A model generated the notes under the pieces. That model worked only from the letters and a program-made list of their open reading frames with translations, ran no database searches and was not told where the DNA came from. Below are positions 1 through 11,941 of a stretch of DNA of 64,000 bases, in pieces (positions within the stretch are counted from its first letter, which is position 1; each line of letters opens with the position of its first letter). The DNA is taken from the NCBI GenBank assembly GCA_965645245.1, contig OZ287084.1, positions 496,001 through 560,000 on the forward strand, read 5' to 3'. Source of the DNA: Massalongia carnosa. Its lineage: Eukaryota. A program made the position numbers and the translations under genes.

Positions 1-683
1 CTCGATGCATACCGTTGACAGAACGTTGCGGGCCTTGAGGGGAACGCCTTCATCCTGGGATACTGTCAGCCTACGAACAGGATGGGCTTGTGGAGCGTGG
101 AATACCTGAACCTGTTTGTGCCTGAATGTGGTATCAATGTTGCGATTCTTCAGAGGGACTCCTTCGCCCTTGAGGAATGTCAATGATTACGGATACTGGG
201 GCTTGGGGTCGAGGGTTCAGTTACCTGGACCCACTCGTGGCTGGAGATGGTGTCGACATTGCGGTTATTTAGGGGAACACCTTCATCCTTCGAAAAGGAT
301 TAGCACCTTTGATAGTGGGTCAAGGCCTGGTATATTGGATTACCTGAACCCACTCATGAGCGGAGGTGCTGTCCACGTCACGCTGCTTAAGGGGAACGCC
401 TTCGTCCTTTAAGAAGGATAAGTGTTTTTGCCATCGAGCTAATAGTTGGCTGAATTAATTACCTGTACCCATTCGTGGGTGGAGGTGGAATCAGCGTCCC
501 GGGATTTCAACTTAATACCCTCGTCCTACGAGGGATGTTAGCCAGGACTATGATAAAACCTTTTTAGCTTTGAAGTTACTTGAACTCGCTCATGGGTAGA
601 AATGCTGTCGACATCGCGTTGAACGAAGCGCTTGGCGAAGCCTGAAGTGGGCGGGAAAGCATTAGCGGATCCATCTCCAGCAT
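1..683 (-). CDS. Tandem-exon repeat region of a putative Kex2-processed repeat protein (peptide precursor); runs off the window start
   Basis: Minus-strand exons 683-580, 525-463, 406-344, 287-225, 168-106 and 54-13 are joined by canonical GT..AG introns of 51-56 nt. Spliced translation: ...FAKRFVQRDVDSISTHERVQ|DEGIKLKSRDADSTSTHEWVQ|DEGVPLKQRDVDSTSAHEWVQ|DEGVPLNNRNVDTISSHEWVQ|GEGVPLKNRNIDTTFRHKQVQ|DEGVPLKARNVLST|, with no stops. Confidence 0.8.
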
Positions 684-941
684 CTCAAAAACATATCATT
701 GGCATATATATGAGAATAAAGGCTTGGTTTATTAAGGAGAGCAGATTGAAAGCATATAGACAGAAACAGAAAGAAATTTATCTGGTCGCCTATCCTCCCA
801 ACCGGCAAAAAGAAATACATGAAGACAAAAAAAAATCCCGTCCAAATCTCCCTTGAACAGCGACCTAAAAGGGACCGCAAGACTGAGTTAAATAAGCTTG
901 AGAGTCTTCTTCTTTTCGCAGTTTCAAACTATGGGGCGTAG

Positions 942-1755
942 TTAAACATAAGCTTGGGTGAGAGCAAGTGGCTCCACGAGCTCGGTGATGGTGGTGATTG
1001 CAGGTTGTTGCGTCGCGATAACAGTGACAGTCATCCCTGGTGGCTGCGCTGTATACACATCTAAGGTCATTGTGGTGGTTCTGGTCGATGTTAGTGTGCT
1101 ATGGAGGGTTGTTGTCGGCTGCCGCAATGAGACTGGCAAAGGCAGAAAGTGCGTTTGATTCCGGAGAGGCTGAAGAGCTTGCTGCGTTGTTTGATTCTTT
1201 GCTGTTTGCTGCTATGTCAGAAAAGATAGCTCTACCTCAAGAAGAGAGAGTTCATTTGCCTACCATGGATACAGTATTGTACGCTAAGCTCTAGATTCCT
1301 GCAATCCGAGTTGATAGATGGGTTCAGGCTCCGGAACTCGTTGAGGGTAATTGGTCCTTGAGACAGCGCCTCTTCGCAAGCTTTTTCATGTTTCTGGTTG
1401 ATCCAGTAGATCTTCTGGCAGTTCGGGATTTTTATTTCGGAGGAGTTGGTGCTTGTATCTGAGAAACCATCAAGGTGGTTGGGGCTGAGATGAAGAGTAT
1501 CGCAAGCTCGCTGATCCAAGTACAAGAGCGAGAGCATTTGCTCGAAGATCTAAAACCAACGGCAATGGCCAGAGATGGCCTGGAAAAGCAAAAAGAACTC
1601 GCTGCAATGGAGATAATCTAAAACTACATCAGGAGAGACTTACGTCCTTGGAGTGGGCCAGTCACGGCGGCAGCAATGGCACCTGGAAGCGCAATGGCAC
1701 CTGGAAGCGCAATGGCAATAGAGCCGAGCACGGTGAGGATAACGGACAACTTCAT
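942..1755 (-). CDS. Secreted LysM-domain protein (signal peptide, fungal Cys-type LysM, Thr-rich linker); probably the 5' part of the repeat gene at 1-683
   Basis: ATG at 1755 gives MKLSVILTVLGSIAIALPGAIALPGAIAAAVTGPLQG followed by a gtaagt donor. Exon 1458-1264 encodes PNCQKIYWINQKHEKACEEALSQGPITLNEFRSLNPSINSDCRNLELSVQYCIH, which fits the fungal LysM pattern C..Y...C....IT...F..xNP....C.NL.....YC. The next exon is Thr-rich and ends at TAA 942. A probable 5' UTR intron lies at about 1957-1780. Confidence 0.7.
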
Positions 1756-3650
1756 CGTTGCGGAATTGAATGGATATATCTGAAAGTTGTTATCCCCAAA
1801 TTAGCATGTCTCTAAAAAATTCTGCATGACGCTCAAGAAAAGTTTGCCCAGATGCCTTTTTGGAGGGTACGAGCTCGGTCTGACAAGACGAGACAAGAAA
1901 AGGGTCTGTGAGAGCAGTATGGTGATATGCTAACTGAAGTCTAGGCTAGTGACATACGAAGCAGCAGCAGCTTAACGAGGAGAAGACTGTATGAGATGAG
2001 GTTGCTCCAAGGTTTGTCAGAGCTCAATAATTTTCAATATGAAGCTCCAGGAAGATGATGCTTACTCTCACTCAATTGATTTAAAGAAGCGATGTGTTAT
2101 GTATAGGAGCTCTGGAAGAGAAGAAGTGCACGTTGTTACGAAGGGATGATTGTGGGAAGCTGTAGTGGAAGATGTGGATTGAAGTAGAAGTAAGAAGTAA
2201 GAATTCATTTGAGGGTTTAAGTATCTCCTCAGGCTGTCTCGGTGAATCCCAGTGCTCGGTTTTGTGATTTAAGAAGACTTGGGGCAAAAGATTATTTCAC
2301 TTATCAAGTTTCCCCGCCCCTTTCATTATTGACTCACATCTACTCAGCTTTGGATAACGGTGGACCAGCGTGACTGAGAAAGTCAAGCGTACCTAAGTTT
2401 CAGCTACGAACTACCTGCCATCTATCAAGGAAAACCAGTAGGTCTCAGGGCTCCCCCCTTCATAGTTTGAGGAATCCGCTGAGACGTTGCCACTTGCTTC
2501 GATTCGGCTATTGATGCCCTTTAGTTACCGGACTCGGAAGGGCTTTAGGGTTCCGGGTGGCAGAGAGAAAATTGTTGCTGAAAGGCGGATTTCATACCTT
2601 ACCTCGCTAGATAGATGGTCGTTTTCCTGCCATACCTGACCTCACCTCCGAAACAAAACCCTCAAGGCTTTTGCTGAAGGGACAGTACCAGGTAGATACC
2701 TAGGGAGGTAGGACTAGCATCATGAACGGGGATTCCGCCACCGCTGAAGTGAATGACACCATCCCGTTCTCGCCGCTTCCGGATTTCGCTTTCCCTCGAT
2801 AGGTCGGTAACTGGGCTTCCCCCGAGCTAGCACCTCGTTCCAGGGGAGATGAACGGAAAGATACCTATGAAGAACAGCGGTTCGCCACGAGCACTTTGTG
2901 ACTTGTCCGTTTCATGATCTCAGTCTCTTCTGGGTAGGATACCGTCTTGCGGGCCTATCTCTGCCCCATTCCTCTAAATACCACTCTTCCAGTCCTATTC
3001 TTCTTCCATGTCTCCCTTCCAAACCTCCCTTCCTCAACCCCCCATGTCTCTCCTACCTACCGTCTCTTCCTCCCGGCTCAACCTTCAGCCCCTCTAACAA
3101 TTGCAAACACACCCAGCCAGTAGCGATCACATCAGGCGATGAAGATAGGGGTTAGGAGGAGCTTGGTTTCCTTGGGAGGGGGAGGTCCTCCCGGGGGAGT
3201 ATGAAAGGGGGAGGGCTGTTTTTGGACGGACGGGAAGGAGATCATGAGGTAGGAAGGTTGACGTTAGGTCGTGGAGGTGAAGCCAAGAAGTGCATAGGAG
3301 AGCCAGAATCAGGTAGACGGGGTAGGAGAATAGATGAGATGGCGGAAAGGGCCTGGGGAGTGGATTGGAAGGAAAAGCATATTCATGGGTACCTCGGTAC
3401 TTATTCGTAACTGGATATCGGTGCTGGACAATGCAGACGTGCCCAGATAGAAGAAAGAAGTCTGCAAAGGCAAAAGAGAGCCTGAAAAACTCGCGGGGGG
3501 AATGAATGACAGCGACCCCGGACTGTATCATCGCGGGGTTGCGCGATTGAATACTTGCACCGGGATCTATCGATCTTGATCAAATCTCCAAGCTCCCTCG
3601 TCATGTAACCAGGCAGGCAGGCCACAAAAGAACCCAGCTAGATCGGAGGC

Positions 3651-5588
3651 TCATTCCCCAACCTCCACCCCCCAAACTTTCACCGCCGCGTCCCCACCCA
3701 CGCTGACGACTCTCTCATTCCCCACCCATACCACCCCGTTAACCCCGTCCTTGTGCGCGTTCCCAACGCTCACCCTGCGCCCCGGCTTCGCCACGCTCCA
3801 CACGAAAATGTTTGTGTCCAGCGCCCCGCTGACCGCATGCGTGCCCGCTGCGTTCCACGCGATGGACGTCACGCGGGCCGTATGCGAGGACCAGCGAGTG
3901 ATGGATGGGGTCCAGGAGGCGGTATCGAAGACAGTGATCTTGCCCGAGGAGAAGCCCACGGCGAGGAGGGCGCCCGAGGGTGAGAACGCGACGGCAGTGA
4001 TGAGGGAGGAGGGGTCTGGGAGTGATTTCTCCACGGTAAGGGAGGCAGTGTAGATGTGCAAGACATGGTCGTCGCCACCAACGGCGATTAGGGCATCGTT
4101 GGCGGCGATGACGGAAGGGGAGAAGTTTGTTGAGAGGGAACGTTCTGTTTGCCGCTCGGGAGTGGAGAGAGAGATGGAGATAGAGGTATGGGTTGTGGTT
4201 ATCGCCGAGCCGTTGGAGGCCGCTATTCCATTTGGCTGGCCATTGGTTTTGTTTGGTGCGTCGATAAATCTCCTGGTAGAAATGTCAATGGATCGAAGGG
4301 TGTCGTCCCAGCCTACGCTGAAAATCCGACCATCTCGCGATGTGGCTATGCCGGAAACGTAGTTTGTGTGGCCTTCACCTCCCAGAGTCTCTCCTACCCC
4401 TCTTGAAAAGCTCCATGCACAAATGCGGCCGTCGCTGCTGCCGGTGAAGAGAGTTTGATCAGTGGAACTCTGGGCTATAGCGACTGTGGTAATATTCTTC
4501 TGATGTCCCTGCACAGCCCTCTGAGGGCTAGGTGTACCTTCTGACAGATAGTTAAGATCACCACCAAGGCCTAGGCTGATGATCAAACCATCAGATCTAC
4601 CGGTTGGCCACACCACCCCAACCTGGTGGTTGAGGATGTTGGTTGCACCGGCCTCGCCCATGCGCCAGCTCTGAACAGGTTGACCGGCCTCTACATCCCA
4701 TACTTTAACCGTCTGATCTGCACTCGACGTGACGAAGCGTTTCGAGTCCTTTGCCCATGAAACGCTGAAAATGCTTCCCTGATGCTCGTTCTCCCCTATT
4801 TGGCCTTTCGCTTCCCCAGTTTTTCCATCGTAAAGCCAGATTTTTCGATCAGCGCCCACGCTCACCAGAGTAGCGCCGTCCGGACTAAAAGCCACCCCAT
4901 AGATGAAACGGTTGTGTTTTCTGAGACTTGTGTTGAATTTGAATGGAGCACCGTGGTAAAACACAATGCTGGCATCGTCACTCCCAGTAGCAGCCCGCAG
5001 AGGTCGCTGCTGTCTTATCGAAACGCAATTAATCTGCGAGCTGTGCCCTGAGATCTCTCCCACTGAATTCCCAGAGTCTGCAGTGATGCAATGACCAAAC
5101 CTTTCCTTCCCGTTACCCACCGCAATTATGCGAGCAGAATCACCATCCCAGGCGAGATCATTTATTCTACCTCCTATGATGTGATATTCCCCCTTCGTAG
5201 ATCCCTCCCCCACACAATCCCATATCTTGATTGAGCCGGACACATCCCCACTGGCGACATAGTAACCCGAAGGAGAAAATCGAGCAACGGTAGTCGCGGT
5301 GGTGTGGGAAGAGTATTGCGTGCTAATAGCGGGGTTCTCTATTGATCGAAGGAATATTGTTTTGTTGGACTGCGATGACAAATTTATATGGTTCCTCAGC
5401 CAGGGAGGTTTCAAACCGGTCTCTTACTCACGGCATAAGCTAGACGCTCGCCCTTGGGATCGGAGGAAAGCTGTGTTGGCAAGCCCCGGGTAGTGGTGGG
5501 AGATGCAGCCCATATGGCATCTAGGGAGCATTAGCACGACTGGTTCACATGGCAATGAGGATGAATCCGAACTTGGTTTGATAGACAT
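3651..5588 (-). CDS. AIP1: Actin-interacting protein 1 (WD40 repeat)
   Basis: Two short 5' exons (MSIKP; NAIWAASPTTTRGLPTQLSSDPKGERLAYA) splice to a long WD40 exon containing the AIP1 motifs VARFSPSGYYVASGD, DSGNSVGEISGHS and FYHGAPFKF. Confidence 0.93.
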
Positions 5589-6131
5589 TGTGATAGACTG
5601 TGAGCCCACTTTATGATTTGTACAGGTTCCTTGCTTGCCAAAATGTAAAACATATGAAGGCTTTTAGTCAGTAGATTAGGAAAATGGCTGTTTCTTCTCA
5701 TATCAAGGCACTTTTACCGGTCTAGCTTGGTTCAACGACTTAAAAGTTTGATTGCCGATCAACCGAACATGCGATTAGTATACATAATTGGGCCATAGCC
5801 CCTCAGCTATTCTAGCAACTCTGCTATCTCTCTTGAAACCTCGATTGCCAAAGAGGTTGCGAACGCCTGCGACCATGTTCAAGCAGCTTACTTAAACCTA
5901 TTGCTACTATGGTAACTGGATAAATCGCTCTAAAAGACTTTCAGTCGATGACCGTTGGGTCTGTACTAGCCCTGAGCATATGAGCCACCATCACCAATCC
6001 TCGCAATGTTCAGCTTGCTCCGAATAGTGACGAGTCGCTGATTATAGCCAACATCCGGGAGACTTAGGCTCATTTGCTCTCTGGGTGTGGTCCTTTACCT
6101 ACCTGAGCCTTGCTTCCCCATAGTAGCATCA

Positions 6132-6824
6132 CTACCTTCCTTTCAAAGGTGATTTCTTTGCAATTTCCTCCAGCACCTCCGGATGGTTGTGCACACTTGG
6201 CATTAAGCCCATACCTACAGCCCTTCGGATAGCCTTCGCGATACGTCGTTGGTTCACCGGTCGTAAACCTGTCTCGTTTCTGTGCTTAATTCTTCCCATC
6301 GCGGTCGTAAATTCCCACATTATACTAGGGTTCTACCAAGTTCATCAGTGTAAATGCACTTAACGCTCACATTGGATAACGACAACCTTGTACTCATGTA
6401 GCGGGTTCAACCCCAAAGCGTCAAACGCATCCTTTCTGGAGTTTTTTCTCCACTTCCATTTGGTCATCTCCACCGGGCTAAGGTCATGAGGTGCGTAGAT
6501 GTCGCCTGCCTTCCAGCGTCTCGTCTGATATTTTTGAAGATCTGTGACACGGTTTTGCTGCTCGAACTTAGATATGGACTCACGCCGAGTCGCTACTTTA
6601 TCAGCCTCTGTTATCGGAGGTTCATTTTTGGAAAATTGAGAGATGCTCTTAGCAAGTTCGTGCCCGTTCAAATCTCTACCATTGGCTGTAGGAAGTCACT
6701 TTAACAAGCTCTCCTATTATATTATGAAATTCATACCCTCTATCCTGAGCGCGATGCCGTGAGATGAAAACCGTCGACGAAAGCATTGTAAACTTCTATG
6801 CTGAGATCCTATTCTTAAAATCAT
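6132..6824 (-). CDS. RSM18: Mitochondrial small-subunit ribosomal protein bS18m
   Basis: Arg-rich presequence-like N-terminus from ATG 6824; WKAGDIYAPHDLS, NPLHEYK|N, MGRIKHRNETGLRPVNQRRIAKAIRRAVGMGLMP (S18 domain); two introns. Confidence 0.88.
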
Positions 6825-7131
6825 GATAGCTGACCGACTTGCAAGATATTTTTATGCCGAGGACGAAAGTTGAGATGAAGCGAAAAGTCGAAACTGTCAA
6901 TGAGTCGTACTCGTATTCGTAAGCTATGTGGTAACTAAGAGCCGCCATTGATAGGGCTGGTAGGAAAGACTTCAATTGAAACTTACCATCTCTCGGCTAT
7001 AATAGTTTAATAGGTAGGTACTTATATACAGCTTCTATCACACGTTTGCTTTGTTTCTTTCTGACAATGCTGCTTGCGAACAAGTTTGAGACTATTCCAT
7101 AGATTTGTATACTTTCGTTGACATCAGCGCA

Positions 7132-9588
7132 ATGCGATCTCATTTAACTCGTCACGTTTTTCGCCAAATGATCAATTATACGATTTTTCCAGACGCAAGG
7201 GGTTGCGTTAGGCCTTTGTTACAATGCTCTGTGACATGTCGAGATGTCATGATCCTTTACAGCTTCCAGAGGCGATCCTTATTTGGCTTTTCTCGCAAAC
7301 CTCAGAAAAAGCCAAAGCCAATCGACATCGATCCTGGGCTTGACTTGATGTTGGATCTCAATGAAATGCTGCACATGAAAACAAGGCCACCGCCACCCGA
7401 TGAGCTAGCGAAGGCATTCAATGACTTCTTCCAAGCCAAGCTCAATACTGCAAGGCCTATAGAAGATCTCCAGGCACGACATGCTATGGTTACTTTCCAG
7501 CACTTACGGGACATTAATTATGCTGTAGAAGGGTTTGGGCTAGCTGAAGAGGATTTGAGAGTCGCACTTGGTGTATTGGGAGAGTCGCTTGCACTTCTCA
7601 TTCGTACGAGTTCGCTCAACAAGGAGACCTCTCGATCACATAGTCAGCTAGCACAGCTTTTGTTCGAGGAGTTAGCTCGGCGAAGGGATATTAATCGGGA
7701 CCGGCAAGCCTCGCGAGTGCCAAGGAGTCAAGACTTGATTCCATTCATACGAGTCCTTTCCCACACTGGTGATTCTTTCGTAGCTCGAGCGATTGTGGAG
7801 CACTACTGGCAAACGGACCTAACCCAATCTGGTATCACGCCATGGTCGATGGTGCTAAGGGGATTTGCTCGAGAGGAGAATAGTCAGGAGCTTGAAAAAA
7901 CAATCGAAATAATGCAAATGCATAAGCTTCCGTTTGATTTTAGGGTACACCAATCCATTAACCTCTACTACACCAGGATTGGAGATATGGAAATGACCAA
8001 GAAATGGTACAAGCACCCTATAGCGAATTCTAAGAAGCCTACTACATATACGAATGCCTGCGTTCTAAGGCTTTGCGTTCGTAAAAACGAGTTTGAATGG
8101 GGCCATCCAATTTTCAAGTCTATGTTAGATCAGAATCCAGACACGCTTCGGGAATGGAACGTGATATTTTTATGGGCTGCTGCGCAAGGGAAAGGGGTTG
8201 ATGAGATCGAGCGAATGATGACGGTAATGGTCCGACGAAACGAAGACAAGGAGAAAGTTCTTCATCCAGATATCGAGACTATCAATGGGCTGGTGGAACT
8301 TGCGAATTCCAGGAATGATCCTTATACAGCTGAGAGGTATGTAGCGCTTGGGCAAAAATGGGGCCTACAGCCTAATTCCGAAACGTATATTCTACAACTT
8401 GACTATCGAATCAAAGTCGGAGACCTTGATGGTGCGCGAGCCGTATACAGTCGATTACAAGCAGAGGAAGTACAGGATAATAAGGACATTCCATTCGTCA
8501 ACAAACTCATAACTGCTATGTGTGGAGAAAAGAGTCAGAGTTTCGAGGCCATCATGGGCGTCGTCGAGGATTTGAGTGAACGCAAAGTGCGGTTTGAGCC
8601 GGAAACTGTTGCTGCCTTGACCAGATTTCACCTCCAACGCGGTGAGATGCATGACCTTGTTGATCTCCTTCACACTCATGCATTTCACTACGGTCTAGAG
8701 CAACGGGCTTCTATTCGCGATGTAATCCTTCAATTTTGTTTAGATCGATCTAACAGCACTTCTATGGCTTGGGATGCATATTCAATCCTACGGCAAATAT
8801 TCACAGAAACAAACATTGAGATTCGAACGAGGCTGATGATGGAGTTCTTCGATCGAAAACGTAGCGATATGGCATGCCATGTCTTTGGGCATATGCGACA
8901 GCAGCCCGCTGGACCGGGTCGACCAACCGCGGAAACATATGTTAGGTGTTTTGAAGGCTTCGCAAAATGCAATGATCTTGAATCGCTGGAAAATGTGCAT
9001 AACATGCTAAAGCTAGACGCTGAGGTTGAGCTCAACACAAAACTATACAACGCTTTAATGATAGCTTACGTAGGCTGCAAGGAGTCTCACCGAAGCCTCG
9101 ATTTTTGGGCAGATATCGTCCACTCTCAAGAGGGTCCTACGTACAATAGTATTCGTATCGCGCTTCGGGCATGTGAAGACGTGGCTTGGGGCGAGCAAGA
9201 AGCTCGGGATATCTGGGCCAGGCTGAAGAGGTTCGAAATCGAGATTACGAGGGAGATTTATACAGCATATATCGGGGCCTTGGCCGGGCAAGCATTGTTC
9301 ACGGAATGCACAAAGCTTATCGATGAAGCCGAAAAGGAAACCGGCCACAAGCCTAATGCGCTCATGTTCGCCCTCTCCACCGATCCCCCCCATCGCGCTT
9401 CTCGCTAACAAATCTCTAGGTTGGGAACATTCCATAATGCGATACCTGGGGACTTGAACAAGTACAAGGTCGGGGTATGGGCGGTAGATGCGTATCCGTC
9501 CGCATGGAAAGACTTGGTCAAACTAGGTCGTCACAAGGATGAGCAAGGCCAGAGCCTGTTCAAGATCGACCGAGATGTTACCGCCTAA
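7132..9588 (+). CDS. cia84: Complex I intermediate-associated protein 84 (mitochondrial PPR-like protein)
   Basis: Starts MRSHLTRHVFR; helical PPR-like repeats (TYTNACVLRLC, ETINGLVELA, KLYNALMIAY, EIYTAYIGAL). One intron at about 9366-9419; the last exon ends at TAA 9586-9588. Confidence 0.8.
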
Positions 9589-10395
9589 GAACGGGAAACT
9601 CAATTACTCTTTTGGTTACCTATTAGCACGAAAACAGAGCATCAATTCTAACTTACGAGCGTGATTCCTGATCCAATTGTGATCAAGGGTGTAGCATACA
9701 CCCGTAGCCTATTCGCTACACAATAGAGGGGGACCAAAGAACCAAGCGACTAAGCTTGACCTAAGTTGGCTTCGAAAACCCGACGCTTACTCGACCTTCA
9801 GTTAGGCCCAAGCCCCCGATATAGCAGCAAGACGCAAACTTCTCGGGGGGAATGGGGGGAACCCCGACTCTCACGCACATGAACTATCAACAGTACTTCA
9901 CACAACAAAAATCTACCGTATCTTCGGATCGTTGAGGTACACCAACCAAGGGTGACCAAGATACAGATATACCCATCCAAATTATGTATAACTAGTATCC
10001 CCTTCTGATCTCAAGGCCGGTGTCTCAAAGACAGAGACATATACAACTGATCCACTATATGTTTTGCCATGGAGACTGGAGGAAGCTAACTGGGGGATCC
10101 CCGAGGGGGGAGGGTTGCCGATGTTAGTGCTCTTAAGGAAGATGCGATTGATGTTCTATCCGCAGCTTTGGCGGTTGCTTGGGTTTAATGTGGTTGGGCC
10201 TGCCATTTGGGGGCAACGCCATGCTCCCCTGTATCATAATCTGGACATCCCGTTACCGGAGGGTACGTATACTTAACATAAGTCCGATGAAGCCAGGGTA
10301 TATCTAACCCCACGCGCTTAGCTGCCCACAAACAACGTGCATCCATCCCACCCCCCCCCCCACCCCCCCCCAAACAAAAATTCATTCCCTCCTAC

Positions 10396-11188
10396 CTACC
10401 GAAAATCATCCTTCTCCCCCCTCCACCCCAGCACCTTCTCCCTCACCGCGCCCTCCGCCCACGTAACCCAATCCTCCATCCCCCTCGTCACCAACACCGC
10501 CCCATCCGTCACCACGTCCGGCCCCACACGCACATGGCCCTGCTCCACAAACCGATTGGCCGCCTGCACCGTCGGCGCCATGCCCAGCCGGGTCATGACA
10601 ACGCCCAGCCGGCGGCGCGCGAACCGCGACGACGACAATGCGGCCACGGCGCTGAGGGGGGAGGTGGGGGAGGGGAGGAGCCCGATGGCGTGGAGTTTGG
10701 CGATGAGGGCACTGGTGAGAGAGGCGCGGACGGGGGAGGAGGGGGGGAGCAGCGAGAGTGCGTGCGCGAGTTTTCTGGTGGGTGCGTGGGGTAGTTAGTT
10801 AGGCAGCTGAACGTCAGGCTGCTTTTTGGGGAGGGGGGAGAGAAAACAGGAACAATGAACAGGGCTGGGTTTAGGATGTATCTGTGTATGCATGCATATA
10901 TCAGAAACAAAGAAAACCCCTCCCCCTTCCTGCTTACCGCAACGCCCCACACAGCCGGTTGTATTTCGTGTAGTCGTCCGGGTTCTGGATTGCGTACCGG
11001 CGACAGATGCTGGCGGCACGGTGCCCGTGGTCGGATTTGTAGGTGGTAAAATCAACTTTGCGGAGGAGTCTGTTTTTTTTTTCTCCCGAGGAGGGGAGTT
11101 TGGTTAGTGGTTTTTGGTGGAAGAGGAAGAGGGGAGGAGGGAAGGGTGGAGGTTACTTTTGCTCGTGGTGCTTGAGTTTTCGGACCAT
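10396..11188 (-). CDS. IMP3: U3 snoRNP protein Imp3 (S4-domain)
   Basis: MVRKLKHHEQK|LLRKVDF at the start; C-terminal FARRRLGVVMTRLGMAPTVQAANRFVEQGHVRVGP...LVTRGMEDWVTW; two introns. Confidence 0.92.
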
Positions 11189-11941
11189 GCTGATTTGAGG
11201 TGGTTGGGTAGAGATGTGCGAAGGTGTTTAGTTAGGGTTAATATCGTATGGAATAGTAACTAGTGGTTCCGATTTGTGACAAGTTGATACGTGTATCAAT
11301 TCCTCCTCCACAAAACCCCCTACCAAGGATTAAATACAAAATAAACTATGCATTTCGATACATATGAACATCGTTGTACCAAGGTTGTTTCCCTTGTGTC
11401 TGGGCATCGAAAGTACTCCGTCTCCGATCTATCTCAGATGGCATTCCTATATTCTATAATGCGCCCAACAGTCAAGGTCCTGCCGTTCAATAGCATATTG
11501 GTATGCCATAACCTCCATGCCTCCCCCAACCTAATTTCTCCACCATTTTCCTGCTCAGAGCGATATCCACGGCGTAGCCAACCGAATTTTGTAACCAGAG
11601 GATCTCTGATTATCTGCTTTGTCGTAATAACGGAAACGACTAGCCGCTGAGGTAAATATTCTGCTTTGTATTCATCCGTGGACCTTTTGCGTGGGGTTTA
11701 TGTAATCGGCGATTTCAGCTACCCCCAATCTTCGAAGCCCATGGACTGTAATAGGGGTAGAGATGAGATCTTTGGGGTCTTGATAAACCGCTTCAGATAT
11801 CTAATTGTGGGCCTATGGAGATATCTTAATGAATCTTCTGCATCAGCTGCACATTCTCCTTTCTCACTTCCTTTTGATCCCCCTGACCAATGGCGACAAC
11901 CGTAATCGCCTATCTGGGGTTTCAAGTTCTCGAGAATAGCT

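Noticed and set aside
13..683. CRISPR-like array (119-bp period)
   Set aside because: The conserved parts vary at synonymous positions and the spacers are GT-AG introns in a eukaryotic gene; no cas genes are present.
1672..1718. 18-bp tandem repeat
   Set aside because: Simple in-frame duplication (IALPGA) in the signal-peptide region; included in the gene call.
2950..3380. Pyrimidine-rich block followed by purine-rich block, possible fold-back
   Set aside because: Only short imperfect complementarity; low complexity explains it.
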